Of a DNA stretch of 64,000 nucleotides, positions 1 through 9,904 are shown piece after piece (position 1 is the first letter of the stretch; each line of letters opens with the position of its first letter). The stretch lies in the NCBI GenBank assembly GCA_964552045.1, contig CAZKFF010000006.1, positions 34,657 to 98,656 of the forward strand, written 5' to 3'. The DNA is from an uncultured Candidatus Saccharibacteria bacterium. Lineage in GTDB: Bacteria; Patescibacteriota; Minisyncoccia; Phycocordibacterales; UBA918. Under the pieces are notes generated by a model. It saw only the letters and a list, made by a program, of their open reading frames with translations, was not told the DNA's origin and made no database searches. The translations under genes and the position numbers were made by a program.

Positions 1-467
1 ACTTCGAATGCTCCTGCAAGATTCTGCATCCGCTGTTCTTTGCGGAGCGTTGTCTGCGGGGAGGTATTGCGCGTTCGGTACAGCACATCGGTGTATACGG
101 TATGGCGGGCTTCTCCTCTGAGAGCCTGCCGGGCTACGGTCTCCACCTGGTTGTGTCCGCGCTGGCGCAGACGGGCACGCGACAGCGGAACGGGAATGAT
201 GACGAGCGAATCAGTCTGTGACGCCAACCAAGCTGAAAGCAGTGCTGCCAGAAGTCCGGCCGCCTGCGGGTGGTTGTGGTACTTGCACAGGTGAAGTGCT
301 GCGCGCATCTGAGGGTCTTTGAATGAGGAAAGTGCACTGATGTCGGGCAGAACAGTGTGGGCATGCAGTTTGAGCGCAAATTGCTCCTCTGTGCATGCAT
401 CGATGAGAAGCTCATCGTGTGATGGTGGAAACAAAAGCTGCAGCAGAGATGTCAAACGCACTTGCAT
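1..467 (-). CDS. comF: ComF/ComFC-family competence protein (phosphoribosyltransferase-type), partial. The 3' end runs off the window start. ATG on minus strand at 467.
   Basis: Manual minus-strand translation from 467: MQVRLTSLLQLLFPPSH...DSLVIIPVPLSRARLRQRGHNQVETVARQ, typical ComF N-terminal and PRTase-like segments. Not in the ORF track because there is no stop inside the window. Confidence 0.55.
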   Translation of the reverse strand, partial: MQVRLTSLLQLLFPPSHDELLIDACTEEQFALKLHAHTVLPDISALSSFKDPQMRAALHLCKYHNHPQAAGLLAALLSAWLASQTDSLVIIPVPLSRARLRQRGHNQVETVARQALRGEARHTVYTDVLYRTRNTSPQTTLRKEQRMQNLAGAFE

Positions 468-512
468 TGCTTTAAGTATACGATGAGATGATGCTAGAAT
501 GAGCACAAATAT

Positions 513-1601
513 ATGGCGATAGATCTTAAGAATGTTTTTTCATTTTTAAAAAAATCATCCAACCAGTCCCCCGATAAGGTGGTCGGTATAGATTTTGGCT
601 CTTCGTCGATCAAGGTTGCCGAGGTCGAACTTCGCGACGAAGTGCTTGCGCTGAACACGTACGGCGAGCTCCAACTTGGGCCGTATGCCGGGGTAGAGAT
701 GGGGAAAGCAGTGAAACTTCCCACGCCCAAGCGGACAGAGGCACTGATCGACATCATGCGCGAGTCGGGCATATCGGCAAAAAACGGTGTCATGGCTCTG
801 CCGTTGCTCGATAGTTTCGTGACGATCGTATCTCTTGAGATCAAAAAAGACGAAGATATTTCTGCACGGATACCTGTGGAAGCCCGAAAATACATCCCTG
901 TTCCGTTGACCGATGTGACGCTTGAATGGAGCGAATTGTCATCGGAGGAAGAAGAGGGATCCGCCCGTAAGGAAGTGCTCCTTGCTGCCATACAGAACGA
1001 TGCACTTGTTGATATGTCCAGTCTCCTCGGAGCAATACAAATGGTGTCACAACCATCTGAGATTGAGCTGTTCAGCACGCTCCGGGCGCTCACCAGGGAA
1101 TCCGACGACGCGATCGTGATCATAGACATGGGGGCACAGATGAGTAAGCTCTATATCTCGGAAGGAGGATTCCTCCGCCGTATCCATCGGGTGCGGGCAG
1201 GCGGTATGCATGCGACCGAAGCACTCGCACGCTTCCTGAACGTCCCATTGGAAGAGGCTGAGAACAGGAAACGCAACTATACGCCGGGAGTCGCATCGGC
1301 TGAAGAGATCAAGAAGATCGTCGCACAGACATTCGACCGCCCGCTCCAGGAGTTCAGAAGAGTGGTGAGTCAGTATGAACAGCACAGCGGCAAACAGAGC
1401 ACCCGCGTGGTCTTTACCGGCGGCAGCGCGCTCTTCCACGATTTCACCTCGTACGCGAGCTATGTCTTCGACAGGGAAGTGGAGCTTGCCAATCCGTTCA
1501 CCAAAGTAGGATACCCTGCATTCATGGAGGATAAGCTGCGCGAGATCGGTCCGGTGTTCGCAACAGCGCTCGGGGCCGCACTTCGGCCGTTTGAGCAGTA
1601 A
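513..1601 (+). CDS. pilM: Type IV pilus assembly ATPase-like protein PilM (actin-like fold)
   Basis: 362 aa; GIDFGSSSIKVAEV N-terminal actin-like motif; first gene of pilMNO-like operon. Confidence 0.85.
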   Translation: MAIDLKNVFSFLKKSSNQSPDKVVGIDFGSSSIKVAEVELRDEVLALNTYGELQLGPYAGVEMGKAVKLPTPKRTEALIDIMRESGISAKNGVMALPLLDSFVTIVSLEIKKDEDISARIPVEARKYIPVPLTDVTLEWSELSSEEEEGSARKEVLLAAIQNDALVDMSSLLGAIQMVSQPSEIELFSTLRALTRESDDAIVIIDMGAQMSKLYISEGGFLRRIHRVRAGGMHATEALARFLNVPLEEAENRKRNYTPGVASAEEIKKIVAQTFDRPLQEFRRVVSQYEQHSGKQSTRVVFTGGSALFHDFTSYASYVFDREVELANPFTKVGYPAFMEDKLREIGPVFATALGAALRPFEQ

Positions 1602-1656
1602 GCTGTCCACATAACGCGCAATAGGCAAATGCTGAAGTGCGTATAATAGTAATAGT

Positions 1657-2424
1657 ATGATTAACTCTCAAGGTACTTCCTTCATTCCTCAGCGTCCCAG
1701 CAAAGGGAAGGTCAACACGCGACGCGTCCGCAAGATCTACGTCCTTTCATATATAAGTTACATACTCTTCTTTGGAGCGGTGCTTGCAGCGTGTGGCGTA
1801 TTTTTTCTCAATTTATCGCTTGATGCGCAGCTTGAGAAGCAAAAGGAGCTGCTTTCCGCAGAGCGCGACCAGTTCAATCAGGGCGAGATCGAGAGCATCC
1901 GCGAACTGGAGAAGCGTATCAATCTCGCACAAGAAAGACTTGATAACCATATTTCAGTCTTCTCTATATTGGAAGCGCTTGAAAAAAGCGCGGTACAGTC
2001 AATTCTTTATGTACAGTTTGACTATAAGCGTCTCAATGATGGCGCGCCAGTTATTACTTTCGTAGGAAATACCGACCGGTTTGACAGCGTTCTCTTCCAG
2101 CGTGAGATGCTCGAGTCGAATCCTGTTCTTGCCGATAGTACATTCAGTGAGGTAGCGATGAATTCCCGCGAGCTCGAAAATCCGCCGTTTACGCAGAAAG
2201 TAGTCTCCTTCACCTTCGAAAAAGAAGTTGAAGAGGATCTTGTCCGGTACACGCCGCGTGAGGTGAATATTGTGCCTCCGGAAGAAGCGCAGCAGGTCCA
2301 GGATCAGAACGGCCAGCAGACAGCGGATGAGCCTGCGCAGACAGAACAGACACAGACAGAACAGACAACTGATGAAAACACGGAAGCGGAACTTGAGGAA
2401 GATACTAACGTCGAAGGAACATAA
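1657..2424 (+). CDS. pilN: PilN-like pilus assembly protein (N-terminal TM helix, coiled-coil, acidic Q/T/E-rich C-tail)
   Basis: Single TM segment (YISYILFFGAVLAACGVFFL), coiled-coil region, position directly after pilM. Confidence 0.6.
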   Translation: MINSQGTSFIPQRPSKGKVNTRRVRKIYVLSYISYILFFGAVLAACGVFFLNLSLDAQLEKQKELLSAERDQFNQGEIESIRELEKRINLAQERLDNHISVFSILEALEKSAVQSILYVQFDYKRLNDGAPVITFVGNTDRFDSVLFQREMLESNPVLADSTFSEVAMNSRELENPPFTQKVVSFTFEKEVEEDLVRYTPREVNIVPPEEAQQVQDQNGQQTADEPAQTEQTQTEQTTDENTEAELEEDTNVEGT

Positions 2425-2429
2425 AAGGT

Positions 2430-3062
2430 ATGGGATTCAAATTAATTGCACAACTTACGCTCATCGTTGCCGCTGTGGTCATTTTGCTGACCTTCATTCA
2501 GCCGTCGCTTTTGCAGATGAAGAGTACACAAGATGAGCTTTTCCAGTACAGCGAAGCGGTCTCTAAGGCATCGCAGTTTAATGCGCGTCTGCGAGAACTT
2601 ATCGGCATCCGCGATTCATTCGCACAGGAGGACATGGCGGCGCTCGAGAAATTCCTCCCCACAGAGATAGACTCCATAAATATCATGCGGGACATTGAGA
2701 CTGTCTTTAATAACAATAATGTCACTATCACCAGTCTGACTGCAGATGAACCAGTTGATCCCGTCACTGATATTGCCGTTGAGAGCCCTATCATTATTGA
2801 ATCCCAGCAGACAATGAACGGTCTTGCATATCAGGATTTCAAAGTCACCTTCGTTGGGACATATTGGCAGCTGCGCGATATTCTGTTCCAGACTGAGATG
2901 AACAATGCACTGCTTGAGGTCGTGGAACTCAGTTTCGGCGCGTCAAATCAGGATGACGCTGATGATGAGGGCGATACCCCGGTTGTCATTGAAGGTCAAG
3001 ACGGCATATATTCCTTCACCATCACGTATCGTACATACGCACTCCCGTTAACAAGCTTGTAG
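2430..3062 (+). CDS. pilO: PilO-like pilus assembly protein
   Basis: N-terminal TM helix plus periplasmic domain, synteny after pilN. Confidence 0.5.
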   Translation: MGFKLIAQLTLIVAAVVILLTFIQPSLLQMKSTQDELFQYSEAVSKASQFNARLRELIGIRDSFAQEDMAALEKFLPTEIDSINIMRDIETVFNNNNVTITSLTADEPVDPVTDIAVESPIIIESQQTMNGLAYQDFKVTFVGTYWQLRDILFQTEMNNALLEVVELSFGASNQDDADDEGDTPVVIEGQDGIYSFTITYRTYALPLTSL

Positions 3063-3071
3063 AGATCACCT

Positions 3072-3362
3072 ATGTCATCACTTTTACAAAATACAATAGT
3101 CATTGGAGGTATCCTTATACTCGGCGGCTTTGGATATTACCTGTACACCCAGAATACCGGACTTGATGTGTCCAACGGAACCATCAATTCTCAGGTTGCA
3201 GCTGAAACCGCTGATTTCCTGCAGCGGCTCAATGAGTTGAAGGCAATTGAACTCAATGGGGATATTTTTTCTGACCCGCGCTTCCTGTCGCTTCGGCAGT
3301 ATTCATCACCGGTTGCTCCAGAGGCGGTTGGCGGCGGTAATCCGTTCGATCTAAATAATTAA
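3072..3362 (+). CDS. Small membrane-anchored protein in pilus operon (PilP-like accessory?)
   Basis: 96 aa, N-terminal TM helix, tightly packed between pilO-like and pilB. Confidence 0.35.
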   Translation: MSSLLQNTIVIGGILILGGFGYYLYTQNTGLDVSNGTINSQVAAETADFLQRLNELKAIELNGDIFSDPRFLSLRQYSSPVAPEAVGGGNPFDLNN

Positions 3363-3366
3363 TTTC

Positions 3367-5166
3367 ATGGATGTACTGGGACGTTTACTCGAAAATGGAT
3401 CGCTTACTGAAACCGACGTACAAGCAATAGCATCTCTCATTGAAGAGAAAGAAATTTCATATGAAAAAGCGCTCCTGACCCATGGGGTGCCAAAGGAAGT
3501 CGTCCGGAAAGCTCTTGCGGAAGAGTTTGGCGTGGAAAGCTTCATTCTCGAAGAAGGGGGGACCATCAAGGAAGACGTTCTTAACTATATTCCTGAAGAA
3601 TCAGCACGGCACTATCGCATCATGCCGTTGAAGCTCGAGGATGGTGTGCTGCTGGTTGGAGCAAACGACCCGGAGAACCTCCAGGTGCGTGAAGTGCTCA
3701 ATTTCGTGAGCGTCAAGCATAATCTACCGTATAAGCTCGCTTTCATCCTTGATGAGGATATGGAGAAGTATCTTTCTTTCTATGATTCGCTCACGGGAGA
3801 AGTTGATGAGGCATTGGTGTCGCTCGACAGCGATCTCGATGGGGAGATCCTTGCGCAGCGTGAAGCACTCAACGATGAAGATAATCTTGATTATCTCAAA
3901 GAGGATGCCCCAGTAACAAAAATTGTTGCCACTATTTTGCGGTATGCAGTTGATGGCAGTGCCTCTGATATCCATATAGAACCGACGGGTGAGAAAGTGG
4001 TGGTCCGGTTTCGTGTTGATGGCATACTCTCAAAAAGCCTCGAGCTCCCGAAGAACGTACAGTCGGCTGTTGTCGCTCGGGTGAAGATCCTCTCCTCGAT
4101 ACGTCTTGACGAGCGTCGCAAACCGCAGGACGGTCGATTCTCTGCGAACTTCGACGGGCGCAAGATCGATTTTCGTGTTTCCATTCTTCCCACCAACCAC
4201 GGCGAAAAGGTGGTGATGCGTATCCTCGACAATGTCCGGGGCATCAATACGCTCGAAGAAACGGGCATCTCTCCGCATGACCTGCAGACCATACTTCGCA
4301 TGATCAAGGAACCATACGGCATCATCCTCATTTCAGGTCCTACCGGTTCAGGTAAGTCAACCACGCTTTACGCGATGCTCTCTTCAGTGGACCGGTTGAC
4401 CAAGAACGTGCTTTCGCTCGAAGACCCTATTGAATACAATATTCCCGGAGTGAGCCAGTCGCAGGTCCGCCCTGAGATCGGCTACACGTTTGCAAACGGA
4501 CTGCGCAGCGCTTTGCGTCAGGACCCCGATGTCATTATGGTGGGCGAGATCCGCGATAAGGAGACCGCGCAGCTGGCGATCCAGGCGGCGCTCACCGGAC
4601 ACCTCGTCTTGTCCACCATCCACACCAATAACTCCATCGGCGTGGTGCCGCGTCTGATCGACATGGGCGTCGACCCATACCTCATCGCTCCGACACTGAA
4701 ACTTGCGATCGCCCAGCGTCTTGCCCGGCGTCTGTGCCCGAACACGGGAAAGGAAACGCAGGTTGACCCTGCAATGCAGATGATGTTCGACAATGCGTTT
4801 GCAACGCTTCCTGAGAAATTCCACGACCGCATACCGAAGAGCACTACGGTCATGCACCCGGAACCGTCTCCCGGATGTGCGTCGGGCACCAAAGGCCGTG
4901 TTGCGGTCATGGAAGTGCTTGAGGTCAACACCGATATACAAGAACTCATACTCCGCGGCGGTTCAGAAGAGGAGATGTTCCTGGCTGCACGCAAGAATGG
5001 ATTTATAAGCATGCAGGAGGATGCCATTGTCAAGGCGCTCAATCATGTCATCCCCTACGAGGAGGTCAGCAATTTTGGTACGAAGGTAGGTCTTGAGAAC
5101 GTCATCGAGCAGAACGCGCAACCTGTCGATAACCAGAAGTCAAGGGAAGTCACCGATGAAGTATAA
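3367..5166 (+). CDS. pilB: Type IV pilus assembly (extension) ATPase PilB/GspE family
   Basis: 599 aa; GSPII_E N-terminal domain, Walker A GPTGSGKSTTLYAML, Asp/His boxes. Confidence 0.9.
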   Translation: MDVLGRLLENGSLTETDVQAIASLIEEKEISYEKALLTHGVPKEVVRKALAEEFGVESFILEEGGTIKEDVLNYIPEESARHYRIMPLKLEDGVLLVGANDPENLQVREVLNFVSVKHNLPYKLAFILDEDMEKYLSFYDSLTGEVDEALVSLDSDLDGEILAQREALNDEDNLDYLKEDAPVTKIVATILRYAVDGSASDIHIEPTGEKVVVRFRVDGILSKSLELPKNVQSAVVARVKILSSIRLDERRKPQDGRFSANFDGRKIDFRVSILPTNHGEKVVMRILDNVRGINTLEETGISPHDLQTILRMIKEPYGIILISGPTGSGKSTTLYAMLSSVDRLTKNVLSLEDPIEYNIPGVSQSQVRPEIGYTFANGLRSALRQDPDVIMVGEIRDKETAQLAIQAALTGHLVLSTIHTNNSIGVVPRLIDMGVDPYLIAPTLKLAIAQRLARRLCPNTGKETQVDPAMQMMFDNAFATLPEKFHDRIPKSTTVMHPEPSPGCASGTKGRVAVMEVLEVNTDIQELILRGGSEEEMFLAARKNGFISMQEDAIVKALNHVIPYEEVSNFGTKVGLENVIEQNAQPVDNQKSREVTDEV

Positions 5167-5542
5167 TACGGGGATGAAGATCCTTCTGGTTGATGACGAC
5201 ATTTTTCTGCGCGATATGTACGCAACCAAATTCTCTGAACACGGGGATGAAGTCGTCGGCGTACAGGGCGGGGAACAGGCACTCCAGGCTGTGAGCGAGG
5301 AAGCGTTCGATGTGGTTATCATGGACATGGTGATGCCGGGGATGACCGGTATCGATCTCCTGCAAGCGCTGCGCGGACTCGCTTTGCCCACACAGCCCAA
5401 ATGCATCGTGCTTTCCAACCAGGGTGAGGATATGGATATGGAGAAGGCGCGCGAGCAGGGCGCGATAGGATACATTATCAAGGCGGATTCAATCCCGAGC
5501 GAGGTGGTTGAAAAAGTACATCAGTTAGTTACACAACAATAA
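5156..5542 (+). CDS. Single-domain response regulator (CheY/PilH-like REC)
   Basis: MKYNTGMKILLVDDD..VVIMDMVMPGMTG..IIKAD: acidic pocket, phospho-Asp and conserved Lys. Start chosen at ATG 5156, overlapping the pilB end by 11 nt. Confidence 0.8.
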   Translation: MKYNTGMKILLVDDDIFLRDMYATKFSEHGDEVVGVQGGEQALQAVSEEAFDVVIMDMVMPGMTGIDLLQALRGLALPTQPKCIVLSNQGEDMDMEKAREQGAIGYIIKADSIPSEVVEKVHQLVTQQ

Positions 5543-5544
5543 TT

Positions 5545-6615
5545 ATGGCAACAGTAGACTACAAGCGAGAGCTCAAAGATCTTATAGACATCGTCGTCAG
5601 CGAGAACGGTTCAGACCTCCATCTGGCGACCAATTCGCATCCGATAGTTCGCGTTGCCGGTGCACTCATTCCGCTCCTGAAAAAGCCGATCCTTACCAAT
5701 ACTGATGTCGATGGCTTCGCCCGCGTGCTTATGAGCACTCAGAAGTATGAAGAATATACCAAGAACTTCGAAGTGGACTTTTCATACGCCAACGCCGACG
5801 GTGTCCGTTTCCGCGGCAACGGCTTTTTCAACACAGGAGTACAGTCGATCGCACTTCGATTGATCCCGAACGTCATCCGAACGCTTGAAGAGCTCGGCCT
5901 GCCGACCATCCTTGAGAGTTTCGTTCAGCGGCCGCAGGGATTCTTTTTGTGCGTTGGTCCGGTCGGACAGGGAAAGTCAACAACGCTCGCTGCCATGGTT
6001 GAGCTCATCAATCAGACGCGTGGTGGGCACATCGTCACCATTGAAGACCCAATTGAATATATCTATGAACCAAAGAAAGCGCTCATCGCGCAGCGTGAAG
6101 TGGGGGTCGATACGGTCAGTTTCGAAACGGCGCTCCATTCGGCGTTCCGCCAGGACATCAATGTGATTCTCGTCGGGGAAATGCGCAACTCGGAGACTAT
6201 CTCCACTGCGGTGACTGCTGCTGAAACCGGACACCTCGTCCTTTCAACACTCCACACGAACAATGCCGCGCAGACCATCGACCGTATCATCGACTCGTTC
6301 CCGGCAGGACAGCAGGACCAGATACGCGTACAGCTCGCAGGTTCGCTTGCCGGCATTTTCTCGCAGCGCCTCATCCCGAAGATATCTGGAGGCCTCGTTC
6401 CTGCGTTTGAGCTTCTTATAAACAACAGTGCAGTGGCTAACCTCATCCGTGAGAGCCGCACCCACGAGGTGCAGACGGTCATCGAAACCGGCCTCGAGCA
6501 CGGCATGATAGACATGAATCGTTCGCTCGCACAGCTTGTTAAGGACGGCATCATCACGGTCGAGAATGCATTTGCGTATTCGCCAAACCCGAAAGGTCTT
6601 GAACGCTTAATGTAA
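5545..6615 (+). CDS. pilT: Twitching motility (retraction) ATPase PilT
   Basis: 356 aa; GPVGQGKSTT Walker A, PilT-type C-terminal region; adjacent to pilB/pilC. Confidence 0.9.
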   Translation: MATVDYKRELKDLIDIVVSENGSDLHLATNSHPIVRVAGALIPLLKKPILTNTDVDGFARVLMSTQKYEEYTKNFEVDFSYANADGVRFRGNGFFNTGVQSIALRLIPNVIRTLEELGLPTILESFVQRPQGFFLCVGPVGQGKSTTLAAMVELINQTRGGHIVTIEDPIEYIYEPKKALIAQREVGVDTVSFETALHSAFRQDINVILVGEMRNSETISTAVTAAETGHLVLSTLHTNNAAQTIDRIIDSFPAGQQDQIRVQLAGSLAGIFSQRLIPKISGGLVPAFELLINNSAVANLIRESRTHEVQTVIETGLEHGMIDMNRSLAQLVKDGIITVENAFAYSPNPKGLERLM

Positions 6616-6620
6616 ACAAT

Positions 6621-7829
6621 ATGCTTTTCAAATACAAAGCCATAGACCAGCACAATGCATCGCGGGAAGGAACCGTTGAGGCCGTGAATGTTGAGGCTGC
6701 AATCTCGACCGTACAGAAAAGAGGGTACACGATCATTTCCATCGATCCGATTGAAGAGAAGACCAGTTTCTACAACATCGATATCAATTGGTTTCAGAAT
6801 ATCTCCAATAAGGATATCGTTATTCTCTCGCGGCAGATAGCCACGCTCTTCGAGGCGCAGGTCTCGGCTTTGCGCATCTTCCGTCTCCTTGCCTCGGAGT
6901 CGGAGAATCCGCAGCTGCGCATTGTGCTGACGGGCATCGGAGACGATCTGCAGGCCGGCAGCTCGATCTCGCGTGCTCTGTCGGTGCACCCGGAAGTGTT
7001 CTCGACGTTCTATATCAGCATGGTCCGGTCGGGAGAGGAGACCGGTTCCCTTGAGAAGTCCTTCATGTATCTGGCTGATTATCTGGACCGTTCGTATCAG
7101 ATCGCTTCAAAAGCGCGCAATGCACTCATCTATCCGGCATTCGTGGTCGGTACGTTCGTGCTGGTGATGGGGCTTATGTTCACCATGGTCATTCCGCGCA
7201 TCAGCCAGATCCTTGTGGATTCCGGACAAGAATTGCCGATCTATACCAAGATCGTCATGGCCATTTCATTCTTCTTCAGCCAGTACATCGCCTTCATCAT
7301 CGTACTGCTGGCCATTGGAGGCTTCTTCATTTGGAGGTTCAGCCGTACGGAGGTGGGAAGCCGAGCGTTCGATGAACTCAAGATATCGGTTCCGTACATT
7401 GGCACTCTCAACCGCAAGCTGTATCTCACGCGCATCTGTGACAACCTTTCGACCATGCTCGGCAGCGGTATCTCCATGGTGCAGGCTATTGAGGTCACTG
7501 CTGACGTCGTGGACAATGAGGTGTACAAGGAGATATTCAACTACGCGCTTTTGGAGATCAAAGGCGGGCGTTCGTTCGCCGATACTATATCAGAATATCC
7601 AGAGATACCCGGTGTGCTCGCGCAGATGGCAAAAGTGGGTGAGGAAACCGGTAATCTGCCAGAAATACTGCAGACACTCGCGAAGTTCTACCAGCGCGAA
7701 GTGGACAACGCGGTTGATACACTCATCGGCCTTATTGAACCGGTCATGATCGTCATGCTCGGACTCGGCGTCGGCGTGCTGCTTGCTTCAGTGTTGATGC
7801 CGATCTACAATCTTACCAATACCATCTAG
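6621..7829 (+). CDS. pilC: Type IV pilus platform protein PilC (GspF family)
   Basis: 402 aa; duplicated GspF domains, polytopic membrane protein. Confidence 0.9.
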   Translation: MLFKYKAIDQHNASREGTVEAVNVEAAISTVQKRGYTIISIDPIEEKTSFYNIDINWFQNISNKDIVILSRQIATLFEAQVSALRIFRLLASESENPQLRIVLTGIGDDLQAGSSISRALSVHPEVFSTFYISMVRSGEETGSLEKSFMYLADYLDRSYQIASKARNALIYPAFVVGTFVLVMGLMFTMVIPRISQILVDSGQELPIYTKIVMAISFFFSQYIAFIIVLLAIGGFFIWRFSRTEVGSRAFDELKISVPYIGTLNRKLYLTRICDNLSTMLGSGISMVQAIEVTADVVDNEVYKEIFNYALLEIKGGRSFADTISEYPEIPGVLAQMAKVGEETGNLPEILQTLAKFYQREVDNAVDTLIGLIEPVMIVMLGLGVGVLLASVLMPIYNLTNTI

Positions 7830-7959
7830 GTTTTTTCCACAAGGGAAGCAAAAAGCCCTCTCATGAGGCGTATACTATTATCAACCACACGTGTGGAGCG
7901 CACAGCAGCAATTCACTGGTGCGTGTACATAATCTTATTAGCCCAGTTTATAACTACGT

Positions 7960-8379
7960 ATGTTCAAAGGCATTTCAACACGAGGTTTTACGCTCATTGA
8001 GCTCCTTGTTGTTATCGCGATCATCGGCATTCTTGCTTCGGTGGTGCTTGCGTCACTGAGCACTGCGCGTGAGAAGGGTCTTGATGCGGCGATACAGTCA
8101 TCGGTCAATAACCTTCGTGCACAGGCTGAGATCTTCGGCAGTCAGACCAACGGTTCGGTCAACTATACCAACTTCTGCTCTGATTCGAATGTAACTCAGA
8201 TCACCAATGACATTGAATCAAAGAATGGTTCAGGCGCTGACTTCTGTAACTCAAGTGCAAGTGCGTGGGTGTACGCAGCGCAGCTGGTGGCAAACTCAGG
8301 CTACATCTGTGTAGACAGCACCGGCGTGTCAGAGATCAACACCGGAACGGTGATCTCCACAGGAACCTCTTGTCCATAA
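7960..8379 (+). CDS. pilA: Type IV major pilin (prepilin; class III signal peptide G|[10 protein letters not shown]-terminal Cys pair)
   Basis: [31 protein letters not shown]..; C-terminal C..C disulfide loop; terminator follows. Confidence 0.85.
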   Translation: MFKGISTRGFTLIELLVVIAIIGILASVVLASLSTAREKGLDAAIQSSVNNLRAQAEIFGSQTNGSVNYTNFCSDSNVTQITNDIESKNGSGADFCNSSASAWVYAAQLVANSGYICVDSTGVSEINTGTVISTGTSCP

Positions 8380-8398
8380 AACGGGCAGGGGGACGCTC

Positions 8399-8425
8399 AA
8401 AGACTCCTGCGGGAGTCTTTTTGCT
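8399..8425 (+). terminator. Rho-independent terminator after pilin 1
   Basis: aagactcctgcgggagtctt hairpin followed by a T-run. Confidence 0.7.
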
Positions 8426-8574
8426 TTTCCCCACAGGAAATCATTTCCCGCAGGTGTGGGCCGTATAATTGAGATAACCACGACAACGTGGAGCAGGTTG
8501 GTTTTTGAGACATGCAGCTGGTGTCTTAAGCGCTGAACCCTGTATTAAAAAAGTTTATACGTTTAGGTATTATT

Positions 8575-8991
8575 ATGATCAAACTTAGTTCAACACGAGG
8601 TTTTACGCTCATTGAGCTCCTTGTTGTTATCGCGATCATCGGCATTCTTGCTTCGGTGGTGCTTGCATCGCTCAATACCGCTCGGGAAAAGGGAACTGAT
8701 GCTGCAGTGCAGTCGTCAGTCAATAACGTCCGAGCACAGGCCGAGATCTTCGGCAGCCAGAGCGACGGTTCAGTCGATTACGACGGACTGTGTGCTGATG
8801 CAAACGTTACGCAGATCACCAATGACATTACTGCCAAGGTATCAGCGCCGTACTGCGCCGAAAACGACGATGACCAGTGGGTGTACGCAGCGCCGCTCAT
8901 GACCGGCGGATTCATCTGCGTTGACAGCACCGGAGTCTCAGAGACGACTGCAACAGGATCGGTTCCTTCAACAGGAACACAATGTCCATAA
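8575..8991 (+). CDS. pilA: Type IV major pilin paralog 2
   Basis: [31 protein letters not shown].. N-terminal region identical to pilin 1 at nt level for 76 nt; divergent C-terminal half. Confidence 0.85.
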   Translation: MIKLSSTRGFTLIELLVVIAIIGILASVVLASLNTAREKGTDAAVQSSVNNVRAQAEIFGSQSDGSVDYDGLCADANVTQITNDITAKVSAPYCAENDDDQWVYAAPLMTGGFICVDSTGVSETTATGSVPSTGTQCP

Positions 8992-9011
8992 ACGCAGCGC
9001 CTGACCAACAA

Positions 9012-9037
9012 AAAACTCCCGCACGGGAGTTTTTTGT
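9012..9037 (+). terminator. Rho-independent terminator after pilin 2
   Basis: aactcccgcacgggagtt hairpin followed by a T-run. Confidence 0.7.
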
Positions 9038-9077
9038 TGCACGGATTCCTGGTACGGTAGTGTACAATACATGCATC

Positions 9078-9902
9078 ATGGATATCCTCCCGCTGCCGCT
9101 ATCGCTCTCCATCGTAAGCATCTTCGGACTTATCATCGGCAGTTTCCTTGACGTGTTCGTTACCCGCTTTCATACGGGGAAATCGATCAATGGCCGTTCG
9201 CACTGCATGTCCTGCGGGCATACGCTTTCGTGGTATGAGCTTTTTCCGCTGCTGTCATACCTCATCCTCAGAGGTCGCTGCCGCAATTGCGGCGGGCATA
9301 TTCCGATACGTCTTCTTCTGATGGAACTTGCCACCTCCGCACTCTTTATTCTGGTGTTTCTTACTGCCGCGAATCCGGCCGAGCTTGGATTCGGCTTCGT
9401 GCTCATGTCACTGCTTATTGTCATTGCCGCGTATGACATGCACCATATGGTCATTCCCAATGAGTTTGTATTCGCTGTTTTCTGTGTATCGCTGCTGCAT
9501 ATGGCCGCCTTCTTTTTCGGAACATACGATGCTCCAGCATTGCTGCCGTTTTTCTTCGCGGCAGTGTGCGCAAGCGCCTTCTATGGTGCGCTGTGGCTCT
9601 TCTCGAAGGGGCGATGGATCGGTCTTGGTGATGTTAAGCTCGCCTTTCCACTGGGCTTGTTTCTGGTTCCACTGGAGGCGTTCTCCTTCATTGTGCTCTC
9701 ATTTTGGGTCGGAGCAGCAGTGAGTCTGCTTGTGCTTGCCGTGCAGCATCTTCTGTATAGTGGACAACACCGCTTACCAATTTTGCATGGACCGCTTACA
9801 ATGAAAAGCGAGGTGCCCTTCGCCCCGTTCATGATCGCCGCATTCATTCTCGTGTACTTCGGGCATGTACACGTCTTGGCGGTCATGACAGGTCTTTTCT
9901 AA
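9078..9902 (+). CDS. pilD: Prepilin peptidase PilD (A24 family) with N-terminal zinc-ribbon CxxC..CxxC
   Basis: MDILPL..CMSCGHTLSWYELFPLLSYLILRGRCRNCG..AAYDMHHMVIPNE..GLGDVKLA; start reassigned to ATG 9078 (ORF-track ORF begins inside pilin 2). Confidence 0.85.
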   Translation: MDILPLPLSLSIVSIFGLIIGSFLDVFVTRFHTGKSINGRSHCMSCGHTLSWYELFPLLSYLILRGRCRNCGGHIPIRLLLMELATSALFILVFLTAANPAELGFGFVLMSLLIVIAAYDMHHMVIPNEFVFAVFCVSLLHMAAFFFGTYDAPALLPFFFAAVCASAFYGALWLFSKGRWIGLGDVKLAFPLGLFLVPLEAFSFIVLSFWVGAAVSLLVLAVQHLLYSGQHRLPILHGPLTMKSEVPFAPFMIAAFILVYFGHVHVLAVMTGLF

Positions 9903-9904
9903 TC

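Noticed and set aside
4384-5042. 185-aa and 174-aa minus-strand ORFs inside pilB
   Set aside because: Antisense to a highly conserved ATPase gene; no independent support.
6063-6989. 308-aa minus-strand ORF antisense to pilT/pilC
   Set aside because: Antisense to two well-supported genes; Arg/Ser-rich low-complexity product.
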